From Neodothiora populina (Eukaryota): a stretch of 64,000 nucleotides of DNA. Where the stretch lies: contig NW_027191404.1 of assembly GCF_041146345.1 (NCBI RefSeq), forward strand, positions 1,364,001-1,428,000, in the 5' to 3' direction. Every line of letters starts with the position of its first letter. Within the stretch, counting starts at the first letter, position 1. Of this stretch, positions 1 through 13,199 are shown piece by piece. The notes under the pieces are model-generated. The model ran no database searches. It was not told where the DNA came from and saw nothing but the letters and a program-made list of their open reading frames with translations. The position numbers and the translations under genes were made by a program.

Positions 1-1315
1 GTCCCTGCTGCTGCTCCTTTCGTTTGCCTCGTGCAGATAATTAATGCTTATCTAAGTGGAGGGGGCGAAGTCTTACTCGTTCGAGGCGTATCTTCAATAC
101 AGCCCAATTAGACGGCCTTGAGGAATGAAGCGTGTTTCGTACCGAGTCTTGGGGCCTGGTGGTGACCGGTCTTGGGTGCCGCAGGATGACAATGGCGCAT
201 GTTCTCTTCGAAACGCACTCTTTCGCCTCCGCTTGATCGTTTCCACTTAAGCAATCCATGCACAGCCTGGCAAGATGATCTAGGTCTGGTGACCGCATGA
301 AATTAGCATTATGATTCTGCACCTCCCTGGACCTCAACGAAGCAGCACCGCGGGCAGCCTTTTTCAGCATAAGACACAAGATGCACATTCCACCGTACAC
401 AGGTCCTGGCTGGATGCAGAGTGCGAAGTCACAGGCGCGTAGTGATAGACAAATATGTAACAATTGTGTGACATTATGCATTATTAGATAATAGGCAAGA
501 GCGCTACGGACCTCCAAGTTCTCGGAAGGCGGCCAAAGAGGGAATCGAATGCTCTCTTGACACGTATGGGACTCAAGCCTCCCAGGTTCCCCTATCCCAT
601 TTGTTGCGCGGAAGAGAAGAAAACGGCTAGACCAAGTGCAAGTCACTTCGGATCATGATCTTCCGCCCTCTCAACCGGTGTGCACTGAAGGAAAGGAAGA
701 TGCCAATAACAATCGATGGAAGGCAGTGGTCGTGGCATTATATACAATTATCTCCGCAGCGAAACAGAATATATGGTTTCTCTTGTGCGCTTCAATAGAA
801 GAATTTAATTATGTTATGGTTTTTGTCCAGAAACGTGATTGTTAATATATCGGAAGCGACAGTCGGAGATTATAATTCCTGACATTTGGATTCCGAGGGT
901 TGCCATACAGGAAAGATGTGCGGACTATCCGAAGATGGATTAGATCAAGGGCTGTTTCAATAGCTGCTGTCTGGAGGTTTCCATTGCGATGGGGTGGCCG
1001 ATAAGGTGAAATGGCCAGTTTCAGCAAGAATACATCCGAAGAGGTTGGAATTGAAATGGCCACGTCGCGCCAGCCAAGGTAATACAGGATGCCACAATCG
1101 CGGCACAAGCCCTAGAACGTGCCATGGACGATGCGGAAATATAACGCCGGGCTATGCTATACGTGAAGATTCGTGAAGAAGAGCCGTGAAAAAAGCGTTC
1201 CGCCCATCATGAGATCCAGAAATAGGTCGTGGGCTGGCTAAAAGCGACAAAGAAAAGAATACGCAAAAGAACAGCAAAGATCGGGGGCATGCGGAATTGG
1301 TCACATCCCGATCGC

Positions 1316-2728
1316 TCAAGATTTTTGGTATTCGTTATCAGACGCCGAGGCCAATGTCTCGCCCTCCCACGTGTCCTCGGTAGGGCTTCTCATGCCCACT
1401 GACGGGCTGCGGCTGGATGAAGCGACTGAAGAAGATGAGCCAATGGTCCACTCGTCGCTATCCATGTTCATGGGACGGAAATCGTCATCCAGATCGGTCA
1501 GGCCATAAGCATAGCCTTCCTTGGCCTCTCCAATCTCAACATAATCGTAATCCCAGCGGAACATTTTTCCAGGTTGGACTCTTGGTAGGAATTTGCCCTT
1601 GGCAATGAAATAAGACATGGCAGCAAGCAAACTACCGCCGACGAGATCGACGGCGTAGTGGTGAGAGAGATACATGGTCGCCCACCAGAGCCAAAGGGTG
1701 TACACGACGAATAATGGGCGAAGTTTGGGGAAAGTGAGACTCATGAACAGCGCCTCAATGGTAGCAGAACCCGAATGCAGCGATGGGAAAGCACCGAAAA
1801 CCATGGGCGAGGCTGTGAAGGACGAGGTGTACAGATCGATACCAAAGAGCTTGTCGATAGCGGCGAGACCAGCAGGAGAGCCCGACATGGAGTAGTTTGC
1901 CGGAGCCAAGCCATACTTGTTCTCATACCAAGGTGGAGCGCAAGGAAACAGAAGCTGGATCACAACACCGATCATGTTCATGTACCCAAAAGCTCTTGCA
2001 AATACAGGCGTGGTTCCGGGAGGTCCGAAGAGGAACAATATTCCGGACACGACAGCCGGGGCTCCAAAGTGGGTAATGCCATACGGCAACCATGCCAAGA
2101 CGTCAAGGGCCACTGCCTTGTGTGCGGACAGGATGTTGCTCAAGTTGGCACCGTACATGATATTTTCGAGAGTCGGTAGCACTCGAACCCAGATTGGAGG
2201 TCTGTACTCGCCAGAGATAAATCTGTCGCATACACGGTTAGCTAACGAATGCTCACGTAAGAATCGGAAGGCGCGGGGAGCGTCGACTTACCCGCAGGAG
2301 TAGAACAAGATGAGCCATGCTGCGATAGGGAGGAACGGCAAAAAGAATTGCCGAGTGATAGGCAGGAGCAGAGATATCATCAAGAGTGTGGCGACCAAAG
2401 TCTTGATCAAAGCACCAGGGAACTGGATCACACTGAGAGCAAAGATGCCGATGACAGCCAATAAAATGTATTGAGCATCATAAGCCGACCATTGGTGCAT
2501 GCGAAGGGCCTTTAGGGTGTCTGCAGGATTCCAGGAAGTCTGTAGAGAAGTGATAGACGATGTGGGTGTCTGTCTGCTTCGGATTTTTGACCGAGTCGAC
2601 CTGAACTTTCGCCTTATGCGATGCGGCACGAATGCAGGCATTGACGGCCATGACACTGGAAATTTTGCTTTGGTGAAGAATCGTTGCGTTCCATCATCGT
2701 CGCGTAGGAAGGAGTAGTTGCCACTCAT
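1316..2728 (-). CDS. AUR1: Inositol phosphorylceramide synthase (aureobasidin A target)
   Basis: Exons 2728-2292 and 2222-1316. Intron 2291-2223 reads GTAAGT...GCTAAC...CAG, and the splice gives YSCG-FISGEYRPPIWVRVLP. Aur1 motifs present: WLPYGITHFGAP, FGYMN, PPWY, FGAFPSLHSG, MYLSHHYAVDL. Confidence 0.96.
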
Positions 2729-5700
2729 TATGATGTTCTATCGGCGAAATACAGGTTGGTGGTGAAGGAGAGACGAACAAATTAATCCACGGATAAAGCT
2801 ATCAGGCTTCCACTTGAGGGCTGGGGCGATGTTGCCAATGTTGATGGTTATGACGCTCACGCGTGACGTCCAGTCCTGAGATGGGAATAAACCTAACCGA
2901 CCGCAGACGAGACCTGTAGCAAGACAACCAGCAGGTTCGAACGTAGAATGCTGGAAAGAGAAATGCGATGGGTGTCGAGAATGCGCAGAACAATGAAATG
3001 GAGCAAAAGGGCGAAACAGAAGAGCGAGTATCGAATCGAACGACCACCGTAAAGTAATTAATGCAAAGTTATGAAGTCAGGCCTTCTTTCTGCTCTCACA
3101 GTCTTCACCCTCTGCATCCGCCAAACGTCGGGAACGGCAGATAGAGGCACCCGTGCAATGGTGCCTTGGCGCTTATCTGAAATTGGAACCACCCGATTCT
3201 GTCGCGCTCGGATGCAATTTCAGAATCTTGCCGTAGATGCTGTCCTCTGCTTTTGTACTCAAATAAACAACCCGATCCAGGAGATGTCTGATTTGTTTGT
3301 CCGCACTCTGTCTATTCTGATGCAAGAAAGTCTGTGTCTCGATTGCGTTCCGGGTCCACGGGCCTCGAAGCTCTAAGCGGATAGCAGACCTCTCTGCTAT
3401 AGAGCTGTATGTACTATTTGTATCTTGTCAGGCTGGCCGGCTGTGCGCGGATACAGTCAACGCTGCATCATGACTTCAATGCTGTCGATGGGAATAGGCT
3501 TGGCTTTGCTTCGCCCATATCAATGCTCGCGTTGAACCTTTTCTCAAGGTGATTTCAAGCCTCGCATATCATCGAGCTGCCACGCTGCAGCTCGAATCCA
3601 TCACGTCACACAGCATCTCCTTTATTATTCACCATCGGGTATGTCGACATGGGGTTGCGCTCGTGCTGAATGAGAGCACCTTGCTGCTGGCGCGAGCGCA
3701 TCAGACAATACGTCTTCGAGTAATTTACAGCCAGAAATTCGCGCAAATGAGCCTGTGAGATTGGCATAGTCAGACTCATTCGCTTACTATCGCTCTAGAC
3801 TACCGCCGTAGGTACCTTGCTCTGGCGGCATCCATCTGATGCGGGAGTGGTACAGTATGCCCTAAATCTGCTTTACCCTCTTTTTTTCCCCACGAAATCT
3901 TGACAAACGTAGAAAAGCCATTTGAGGTTGAAGAAGATTAGGGTCACTAAGCAGGCCGCAAAACCCGAACCGTACCGGTCGGTTAGCTCATCCTTCCATG
4001 GCAACACTCCGTTGCTGTATGCCGCTCATGCATGTGACCTGCATACGCCTGGGTTCGTTTCATGGTGAATCAATTGCATACGAACCGTTGACAAGGAATA
4101 TGATTGTATGCTTGGTGCTGATTGGATTCCGATGATTCTCAGGGTGCAACAAATGTTGTGAGAAAAGGCATACCTCAGAACCACTCGTGATGGGCATCTG
4201 TCAGGGCTGCTTTAGAGCGATTTGCGATACAATTCTACTTCAACTTCTCGAACCACTACTGTACAGTCTGTATTTGCAACAAAAAAAAGAAAGAAAAAAG
4301 GTACCGAAGTCAATTAGTTGTACTCGGCATGATGGCGGAACACGCCGATCGTCAAGCTGTCCATCGAACCGTATAGCGCTGTGAGACCGAGTGCTATACT
4401 GCGCCTTGCAATCTGCCTATCCGTCCGTGCAATCTATTGATTGGTTGATCGGTTGGCGCGGTCGTTGGGCTTTGCCGTCGCGCCCGTCAACATCCGACAA
4501 GGGGTCGCCCGGTTTTCGAGCGTTCACGTTATTTCATCGCAAGGTCCGAGCCCCTTAATTATGCAATGGTTCGGCATCTTGCGTATGACCGGATATCACA
4601 ATCCGGTGTGAAGACTTACAGCAGGTGCTCAATCGATAAGCTATAGATATTTGTCTATACAGCTGACTCTCAGTTTGTTGGACATAATGAATCTAGGAGG
4701 GTTTTCATTGCATGGTAGATGCATAATATACCACTTACCACGACCGACTCGAACCTGATTTCACCGTACAGAGGCATGCTCCATATTCCGGTACGTTATA
4801 AGAAGGCTCGATGGGAAATTTCTCTGGCTCTTTGTGTTTCACCGTGAACATTCAAGGTACACTAAGCTCCAGCTCTTTCCGTATCTCTGCTGGCCGGCCA
4901 TAATCTTGCTCTCCGCTGCTCATTCCGGCATCTCAACAGAGCACCACATCTCCATCTTCGTCAACACGAAGCCTTCACATCTCTTCCTGCTCCATCATCT
5001 CTCGCACTTAATCATTCGTGAATACAAAACGAAACACCAGCAACACCTGCCCCAAATCAAAAGCTTATCCACATCCAGCACGATAGCTCCACCCTGCCAT
5101 AGCTACCATTAGGACATCTCACACCACCCAACAACCACAAGTGGGTCTCGCGAAGGGCCACAACCCAACCCCGTCCCGCCCGTGAATTTGCAGACACTAT
5201 CGTACCCTGACCCATACCTCACTCATGCTACTACTGAACAAGCTACCGTACATTTGCCTTCTTTTCTTCCGTTGCGTGCTCACGAGACCTTAAATGCCGA
5301 TCGTCAGCTCCAACTTATCCGAAATCGTAACCATGGGGCGACAGAGTACTCATCAGCCTTATGCTTTGGTAAAGGGAGGAGCGCGAGAGTGAAAGCATAG
5401 CTAAAGAAAGAGAGACAAAAATGGTCCTGCTTGTTGCTCTTGCTGCTACAGAACTGTTGCTGCAGGTATAGTGCAGCGTGGCAGAGACGCTACTGTACGC
5501 GCGCGGCAGTCTAGCGATGGCGTATGGTGCTGGGTAAAGGTAAGGTTTGTAGTCTACCTAGATCTCTTTCCTTCATGTCACTCTTGGGATCGTGGGGTGT
5601 GATTGTGGGGGATCTGTGGAGGTACAACACATAATCTATCAGTGACGAAGAAATAAATTTAGATCTATCAGACAAATGATCAGGGGTGTTGGAGGTCGGT

Positions 5701-6403
5701 TGCAGGATCTCGAGAGGGCACTGATCACTTGATAATAGGACAGTGAGGAGAGACGACAAGTGTGGGAGAATACAAGATTTGCTTTGCTATGGTAGGTGAA
5801 GGACCTGAACGACAATCTAGAAGTCCATCATGCTTTCCTTCCTTTCCTTTGCTATCTATCATCTTTTCCCTCTCCTAGTCTGCCTCCAAATTCAAAAGAG
5901 AAAGAAAGAACATCCCAAGATCCTTGAGAGATCTGAGAAAATCAGCCATGTATCCAAGGAAGATGACATGCTGTACAGAAACGAAATGAACGTAATGAAG
6001 AGGAAATCGTGTGAAGCATTCGCTTTGGCAGCAGCGGCAAGAAAACGCCAGACGAGCCTGGGGCCCTCGAGATGCTGTTGGTACATGCGAGCCTTCGCCA
6101 CGAGTCCCGTCCGAGATGGAAAAAGAAAACCTGAACGCCTTGTGAACACCGGGAAAGTCCTATTGACACATTTCGCAAAAACCCGAAACCCTTCGCTTCC
6201 TTCGTACCTTCGTGGCTATCAAAAAACAAGGGAAAATTTCGTTTCACTTCTTCTTCTCATAAACTCTTCGTCTCATTCAGCGATAAAGGGAAAAACTTCA
6301 TTCATGCCTTTCGTGTACTTTGCTCATCATTTTTTGCGTTCGTGTGCGTGGTTTCGTTAAAAGAAGTTTCGTCAGCTGCAATTTGTGTGCATGTACTGCT
6401 TCT

Positions 6404-8392
6404 CTAAACCGTCCACTCCCAGGAGTCGGTCGCGGTAGTGAAGAGAGCTTCAGCGGGACCGTACATGCCGTTGTTGAAGTCGAGGATGGCATCTGCACCC
6501 ATAAAGGTCTCGGCTCCAAAGTGGGCCTCGGGTGTATGATGATCATCACTACCTTGACTTGAAGACTGGGCAGGCGAGAAGGCGTCGAAAGCTTGCTCAG
6601 CAACCTTTGGCTGAGCATCGAGTGGACCAAAGTCGAAGACTGAACTGTTGAAATCATTGGCCGTGGCCTGGACGCCTAGCACTGGTGAATGCGTGGCTGG
6701 TGGAGGTGACGACCGCGGCGATGATTGGCGTTGCACAGACTCTGCTACAACCTCTTGTTGCTCGGTATCAAGGGACCAGAAATCACCCATAGTGGTCTTA
6801 TTACCAGACTTGGTAGGCGACGAAACGACAGGGGAAGTCGGAGGTGTCTCTTCAAAGGGCTTCATGAAAGAAGTGAAGTTGGCACTGAAGGGATCTTCCT
6901 CCAAGTTCGCGCTTGGCGGCGTATCAGGATAGTCTCTGTCACTTGAGGAGGAGCTCTCGTAACCGGGTAGCTCAGAGCCACGACGAGCATCGAGCATGCG
7001 TGCTCTATTCGCCTTCTCCAAACGGTCCGTCAGCTCAGGTCTCATCTTGCGAGGGCGACCGCGCTTGACCTCACGCCTCTCAAAGCCAGGGAGGGCGCCA
7101 TCGCACACACCACGTTGTCTGTGACGGGTCAATGCATCCTGTCGAGCAAAGCCATTGCCGCAGGGGCACTTGTGTGGCTTATCACCACTGTGGATCTTGG
7201 CGTGGCGCTTGAGATCATGTTGTCTCACGAAGCATTTGCCACAGTGGTTGCACTTGAATTGGCGGTCACCGAGATGGGTCTGCACATGCGACTTGATGTT
7301 TTCTTTACGGCCAAACTTCTTGTAGCAGCCATCGAACAGACAAGTCCACTTGCCATCAGTAGGATCTTGCTCACTAATGTATTGTTGGACTTCCTCGGCA
7401 GAGATGCCGGTGTCTTCGATGCTTGCATCGATGTCAAGATTGGCAATCATCATCTCGCGCGGTGACATGGGCACCCTCATGGGCGAGTCGGTCATGTAGC
7501 GAAGATCGGGAGTACCAGACGCAGCTGAAAGTAGCAGATCTGCACCGAAGCCACCGTGTGACGAGACGGGCGAAATGCCCTCATAGAGGGTAGGCAAGCC
7601 AGCCGAAGAGTTTTGTCTGATTGGTGAGCGCATTGGTGATGAGGGATCCACCATCGACGATGCGTATGAGGAAGGGTAGCCATACTCACTACCAAAGGAC
7701 TCTTGGAGCATGTGAGGTGCTTCCGGGCTTGTTTCCTGGATCTGCAAAAGAGGCACATTGGTAAAGTTGGGCATGGAGGCAACATCAACGACTCTCTCAG
7801 CCCGTCTTGGCGGCGCCGAGGAAGGTGCAGGTGGGATGTAGTTGTTGATGGGGGTAAAGGGTCTCTGCACTACGGTTGCAGACTGCGAAGAGTGTTGAGG
7901 AAATTGGGCAAGTTGAGGACGAGGCTGCGACACGATGTTCTCGTGGACAGGGCCGAATCTTTGCATGAAGGTCTGCATGTGCTGATTTAGCTGTTGCAGG
8001 GCCTGCTCACGCGCCGCAGCATCGTTTGCCATTGACTGATTTTGCACGAATTGTGCTTGGAGGAATTGTTGCTGGTTGTAGTAGTTTTGTAATTGTTGCG
8101 GGTCCATTTGAGGGCCCGGCTGGGTGGGTATGTGCAGCTGCGCTTGCATTGAATGCTGTGACGTTGGTCGTCCTGTGTTAGTAGTCATACTTACGATTGG
8201 TTGTTCCTGATCCTGCAATTGGAAAGGTTGGTTAGTTGATTGGTCCAGAGAAAGTCCACGGCGGTGGTATCCTTGGGGTCGTCGTGAGTTTGCAGAGATT
8301 GGAGCTGCGAGCGTCGGCACTTCGAGAGAGTTTTGTCTCCTGTGAAGTTGTCGTCGACGTTGAATGCTCGAAGTAGTATTGGTTGACAGCAT
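6404..8392 (-). CDS. Ace2/Swi5-family C2H2 zinc-finger transcription factor
   Basis: ATG at 8392 (MLSTNTT). Fingers: CLFDGCYKKFGRKENIKSHVQTH, CNHCGKCFVRQHDLKRHAKIH, CPCGNGFARQDALTRHRQRGVC. The N-terminal HRRQNS and HRRGLS fit the Cbk1/NDR HxRxxS consensus seen in Ace2. Confidence 0.88.
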   Translation of the reverse strand: MLSTNTTSSIQRRRQLHRRQNSLEVPTLAAPISANSRRPQGYHRRGLSLDQSTNQPFQLQDQEQPIVSMTTNTGRPTSQHSMQAQLHIPTQPGPQMDPQQLQNYYNQQQFLQAQFVQNQSMANDAAAREQALQQLNQHMQTFMQRFGPVHENIVSQPRPQLAQFPQHSSQSATVVQRPFTPINNYIPPAPSSAPPRRAERVVDVASMPNFTNVPLLQIQETSPEAPHMLQESFGSEYGYPSSYASSMVDPSSPMRSPIRQNSSAGLPTLYEGISPVSSHGGFGADLLLSAASGTPDLRYMTDSPMRVPMSPREMMIANLDIDASIEDTGISAEEVQQYISEQDPTDGKWTCLFDGCYKKFGRKENIKSHVQTHLGDRQFKCNHCGKCFVRQHDLKRHAKIHSGDKPHKCPCGNGFARQDALTRHRQRGVCDGALPGFERREVKRGRPRKMRPELTDRLEKANRARMLDARRGSELPGYESSSSSDRDYPDTPPSANLEEDPFSANFTSFMKPFEETPPTSPVVSSPTKSGNKTTMGDFWSLDTEQQEVVAESVQRQSSPRSSPPPATHSPVLGVQATANDFNSSVFDFGPLDAQPKVAEQAFDAFSPAQSSSQGSDDHHTPEAHFGAETFMGADAILDFNNGMYGPAEALFTTATDSWEWTV

Positions 8393-8646
8393 TATATGAT
8401 TGCAAGAAAGAGTCCGGGAAGTTGGTGTCGAATAGTCCGAGAATAAGTTAATATCTCGTGGGTCCGGATCTGCGCAAGTGAGGTGCACGGTAAGTAAATT
8501 TCCAGCCACCCCATTTGTATAGCGGTCGATTGCTCGAGGATCTGGGATGTTTCATACCTCACACAGCGCAAGCCGCGACCGCCGGGCTACGGTGAAGACT
8601 TAATTTCTCTCAGTCGAGAGAGATTTCTGCGAAATCGCAAGTGGTA

Positions 8647-8654
8647 TTTATATA
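8647..8654 (-). promoter_or_regulatory. TATA box upstream of the Ace2/Swi5-like gene
   Basis: TATATAAA on the minus strand, ~255 bp upstream of the ATG at 8392. Confidence 0.4.
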
Positions 8655-9261
8655 GGGCCTTTGGCCTATGAGAGTGTTTAGAGGATGTTCAGGCGATGAG
8701 CCTTGGAGCGTTTATGATATGAGTTTTGACTCTCTTGTGAGTGTGTGTGTAGAATATATGTACAACTGATTTTAGAGGGAAAAGAGTTGTTTGTGAGGTA
8801 TGTGAACAATCAAGGTGAGAAGAGTGGTCTACATGTGGACGACCATCAGGTCATTAGTTTACTCCAGTCGTTTACTTGTCGTCACTTGGAGATGCCGGGG
8901 CAACGCACAAGCTCCAGCCCAGCCGCCCGGGCACGAATCAACGCAAGCCCAAAACACGACAGCCTGATCTGATCCGCCCGATTGACGATGCATGCGAGCC
9001 GCAGCGGCTAAGATTGTTTTGATAGCATCTATCGATAAGCAAATGATGCTTCGAGGCCCGGGGTGTGGCGCTATTGTAATCCTGTGGGTAATTCTGAGCA
9101 TGACATTAACAAAAATCTTCGTCGAAAGCAGAAAGGCAAAACTCGCCAAGATTTGACGTGGCCCGAGCGCACACAGCGGGTCTTCAAATTCGCATCCGCC
9201 TCCACCACCTGCGCCTCTCTTTTCTTTCGCCATAGCGACTGAGGAAGGCATTTCTGTCTAG

Positions 9262-9925
<664 letters not shown>

Positions 9926-10735
9926 GCGGCTAGCATCGTTTGGGACGATTCATTGCGATATGCAGAGTCTTTGGCTGCATCAAGTGGAGGACCTGTTTTG
10001 TTATGTAAGATATCTCGATGAATCGAACCACTCTGTCAACCAAAAGACACCTCCCTTGCCATAATTGGCATGTGAAATCCTGTGATTATCTTTCGTGCGA
10101 CAAGCATCTGTAACCAGCTGGCTCTGGACTACCAAATCACTCCTGTCTGCTTTTGTCTCATCGATACGAATCTGTCGTAACATCAACGATTTAGCTAGTG
10201 AGTGGCAGGCAGAAATGTAGTCCGATGTGAAGGATGAAACCTATGACAAGGCGCGGCCAGTCAAGGACAGGGTTGCCCTGCCCCAAAGCAAATACTTTCG
10301 GCATCACTACCAAACAACCATGATCAGATGAACTGCATCCACTTTGACCTTTCATTCTCACACACACCATACCCACTCCATCCATAGATCCATGCATACT
10401 GTAAACAATAATTACCTTTCTCCTCTACATCACGAATTGTAGGAGTAGTAACGAAGAATGCATACCCAGTCCGCCTAGCCCAGATATCATTAGATAAGAA
10501 AAAAATGGGAATTATCAACATGTGGACGCAAACCACCCATCCGCTCACATCAACATCATTGTAGTCCCAACCCCATCCCAGATATCGCTGCCGAGATATA
10601 AAGATAAACAAAAAAAACTCCGCTCAAAAATGCTGGTGAAAGAAGATGATTTGTCTCCCTTTGTCTATGTGTGTATAGTGATGAGCTCCCCCCTATCGTC
10701 CTAGTGTCCCGAACTCTCGCTAGTTGTTCATCCCT

Positions 10736-13199
10736 CTACGGCGTCCAGGTATGACCCCATAGAATGGAGTTGAGAACGCTATACGGACTGTCCTCGTTCG
10801 CGGCTATCTGGGCACCAGCCGCATACATGGACGCATGGTCCACGCCTGGGGCATTAGTCCCCGCGCCGCCACCACCAGCTCCAGCTGCGGAAGCAAAAAC
10901 CGTGTCGTCTCCACTAAGAGGCGCCAAGGCCGGACTGGCTGTCGCGCCCAGGGCGATGTCCTCTATGAATCGCTGCGGTCGGTTCTCCTGGATGTTAAGG
11001 CGTTTGAGCGCGGATATCGCACGCTCCATGGGCGCAGCGAGTTCTTGCGGGTCCAGCCCTGTCTGCATGTCTGACATGATTGTCACGAAGCGACCGAGTA
11101 AGCGGCGCGCGCGCTCGTTGTGCACGTGTTCGCCCATGATGCCGAGGAGTAAGGCACAGGACAGAGAGCGATGGACAGCTGCCCATGATTGTCGTGCGTA
11201 GGGAGTCACGTTCTGTAAGCCAAGAAAACCCTCGACCGTCGATACGAGACTGTCGATGCAGGTTTGCTTGAAGGCTTTGCTGAGTTCGTAGCTTGCTGTG
11301 CTGGGCGAAATGGCCGGTCGGCAGAGCTCGGAAAGTATGTACGATGTGTGCAGGTAGAGAGCCCAGTGCTCTAGGGACTCTACCACTGTTCTACACTTCC
11401 GTGAGTCGCGCAGGTAGTCTGCCGTCTCGCGCATGGTCTGATCGATTTCGTTGCGGTGGCTGGTGATCCGTGCGAATAATTCGCGCGAGTTCATGGATTT
11501 CGTCCTGTCGCGCACGATCTCCAAGCCAACGCGACACACCTTGTACATAGAAATGTGATAAGGAGGGATGCTGGTGTATTCATTCGGAGCAGGCATCGTG
11601 GCAGGATCAATGTATGCTGTCGTTGCAGCACGGTCATACGTAATGGACAACAGACTGTCCTGCCAAACAATCGCCCACCTGGATAACATTAGCATGCTTT
11701 CTCAACACCCCTCTAGCTTGTGTTCGACATACCAAACTTTAGATTTCGTCGCTTTCAACTCAATCTCTGACGTTAATGGGCAGCTACGATGTAAGCCCAA
11801 ACTCATTGCTAATCTCAGCGTAAGGCCCATTAAAGACCAGGCGGTGCCAGCATTCATGTTGTTAGATATGACCTATATAGCACTTTGTCAGGATTCATGC
11901 TACAATCGCGACAAAAAGAATCCGCCATCCGAGTTTTGCCACTTACGTTTCCTAGTATGAGCAGTGTCTGAATAGTCTCCAGTGTTGAATGAGATAGGAA
12001 ATTGGTGATCCTCAAGCACTCAAAACTACAGCACACTATAGAAACATTAGTACAGCCTTACGCAAGGTCTCATGAGTGGCAAATATCTTACTGTAGACTT
12101 GCGATGTCAATTCTCTCTCTTTGCGCATCAATCCAGAACATTGACAACCACTGGCGAGTATCCCGAACAGCAGTCCTATCCACTGCAAGTTCTTCTCGTA
12201 AATGCTGTTCTCCGTGACTCCTGGCCACGGATTACTCGGACTTTGGGTAGCACTGTGCTCGGCCCTTGTCATGAGAAACAGCGTGAGGTCACTTTCGAAT
12301 TGGACCAAATCCGCGACACCCGGGAAGATAATGTTGCCTAGGTCGCGGTAGTAGCGAAAAAAGGACAAGCATTGGCTGTCAGTAGGAATGGTCTTCGCCA
12401 GCTCTTGGACTCGAGCTAATGATCCGTGAGCGAGTCCCCATAGATCAACGAAAGGGTATGTCGCAGTTTCGTTGTCTAGACCGAAGATTGGTAAGATTGA
12501 TCTGCCTAAGATCTCCTGTACGGAGGGTTGCTCGCGGTTGCCTTGTCCTAGGGCCATGACAAGGGCCGGCACAGACGAGCCGCCTAGATGCACAGTCTGA
12601 CCGGTCAGATCGTTTCTGGCGTGGATTCCATTGACGTCGGTATGTCGAGTCGCCTGGTTCTCGAAGCGAGATTGCCCTGAGGCGTCCATACGCAAGACAT
12701 TCTGTGGATTTGGAGATGAATTTCCTGATATCTGCGCGGGCGTTCGGTTTTGCGAGTTCGATCCGTTATTGGTTTTAATTTCGCGCCGAAGTTCTTCGAG
12801 CGTGCTTTCCACATGATCGAGTTTGCGACAAAGATGCTCGAAATCCCCTCGACCCAGCGTTATGGTACTACCATTAGGAGCGTGGTTCGCCGCAGCAGCA
12901 ACACTGCTGCCGAGGCCGACTTCACTTTTAGGCACAACAGCGCTACCAGTAGCCACTGTGGCTTGCTTTTTATTCGGTGGATGATAGTCGCACAGTTCTG
13001 GATGTTCTCTCTCGACACATGTCCGACATGGTCGTGCCAAATCGCATCGAACTTTGCGCTGGCGACATGGGTAACAAGCTTTGTGTTCACGAGCTTTCCG
13101 CTTTCTTCGAAGAAAGTCGTCGACTTCAGCTTTTGCTGGGGTTTCGCTCATATTCACAGGTGATGTAACAGAACTTTCTTCCATACTGTCCAGTGTCAT
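10736..13199 (-). CDS. Zn(II)2Cys6 transcription factor with fungal-specific TF middle domain
   Basis: Exons 13199-12092, 12035-11947, 11872-11733, 11678-10736, all GT-AG and frame-consistent. The cluster is ACYPCRQRKVRCDLARPCRTCVEREHPELCDY, and the middle region has LTLRLAMSLGLHR...WWAIVWQDSLLS. The start could be a nearby downstream Met. Confidence 0.9.

Noticed and set aside
41..646. 201-aa minus-strand ORF
   Set aside because: It starts at TTG, has no recognisable motif, and its Cys/Arg/Leu-rich composition is typical of non-coding frames.
6404..8509. GTG-start N-terminal extension of the C2H2 factor
   Set aside because: Eukaryotic gene; the first ATG at 8392 precedes the conserved-looking region.
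9230..9261. Possible 5'-UTR intron acceptor before RPS31
   Set aside because: No convincing upstream donor was found.
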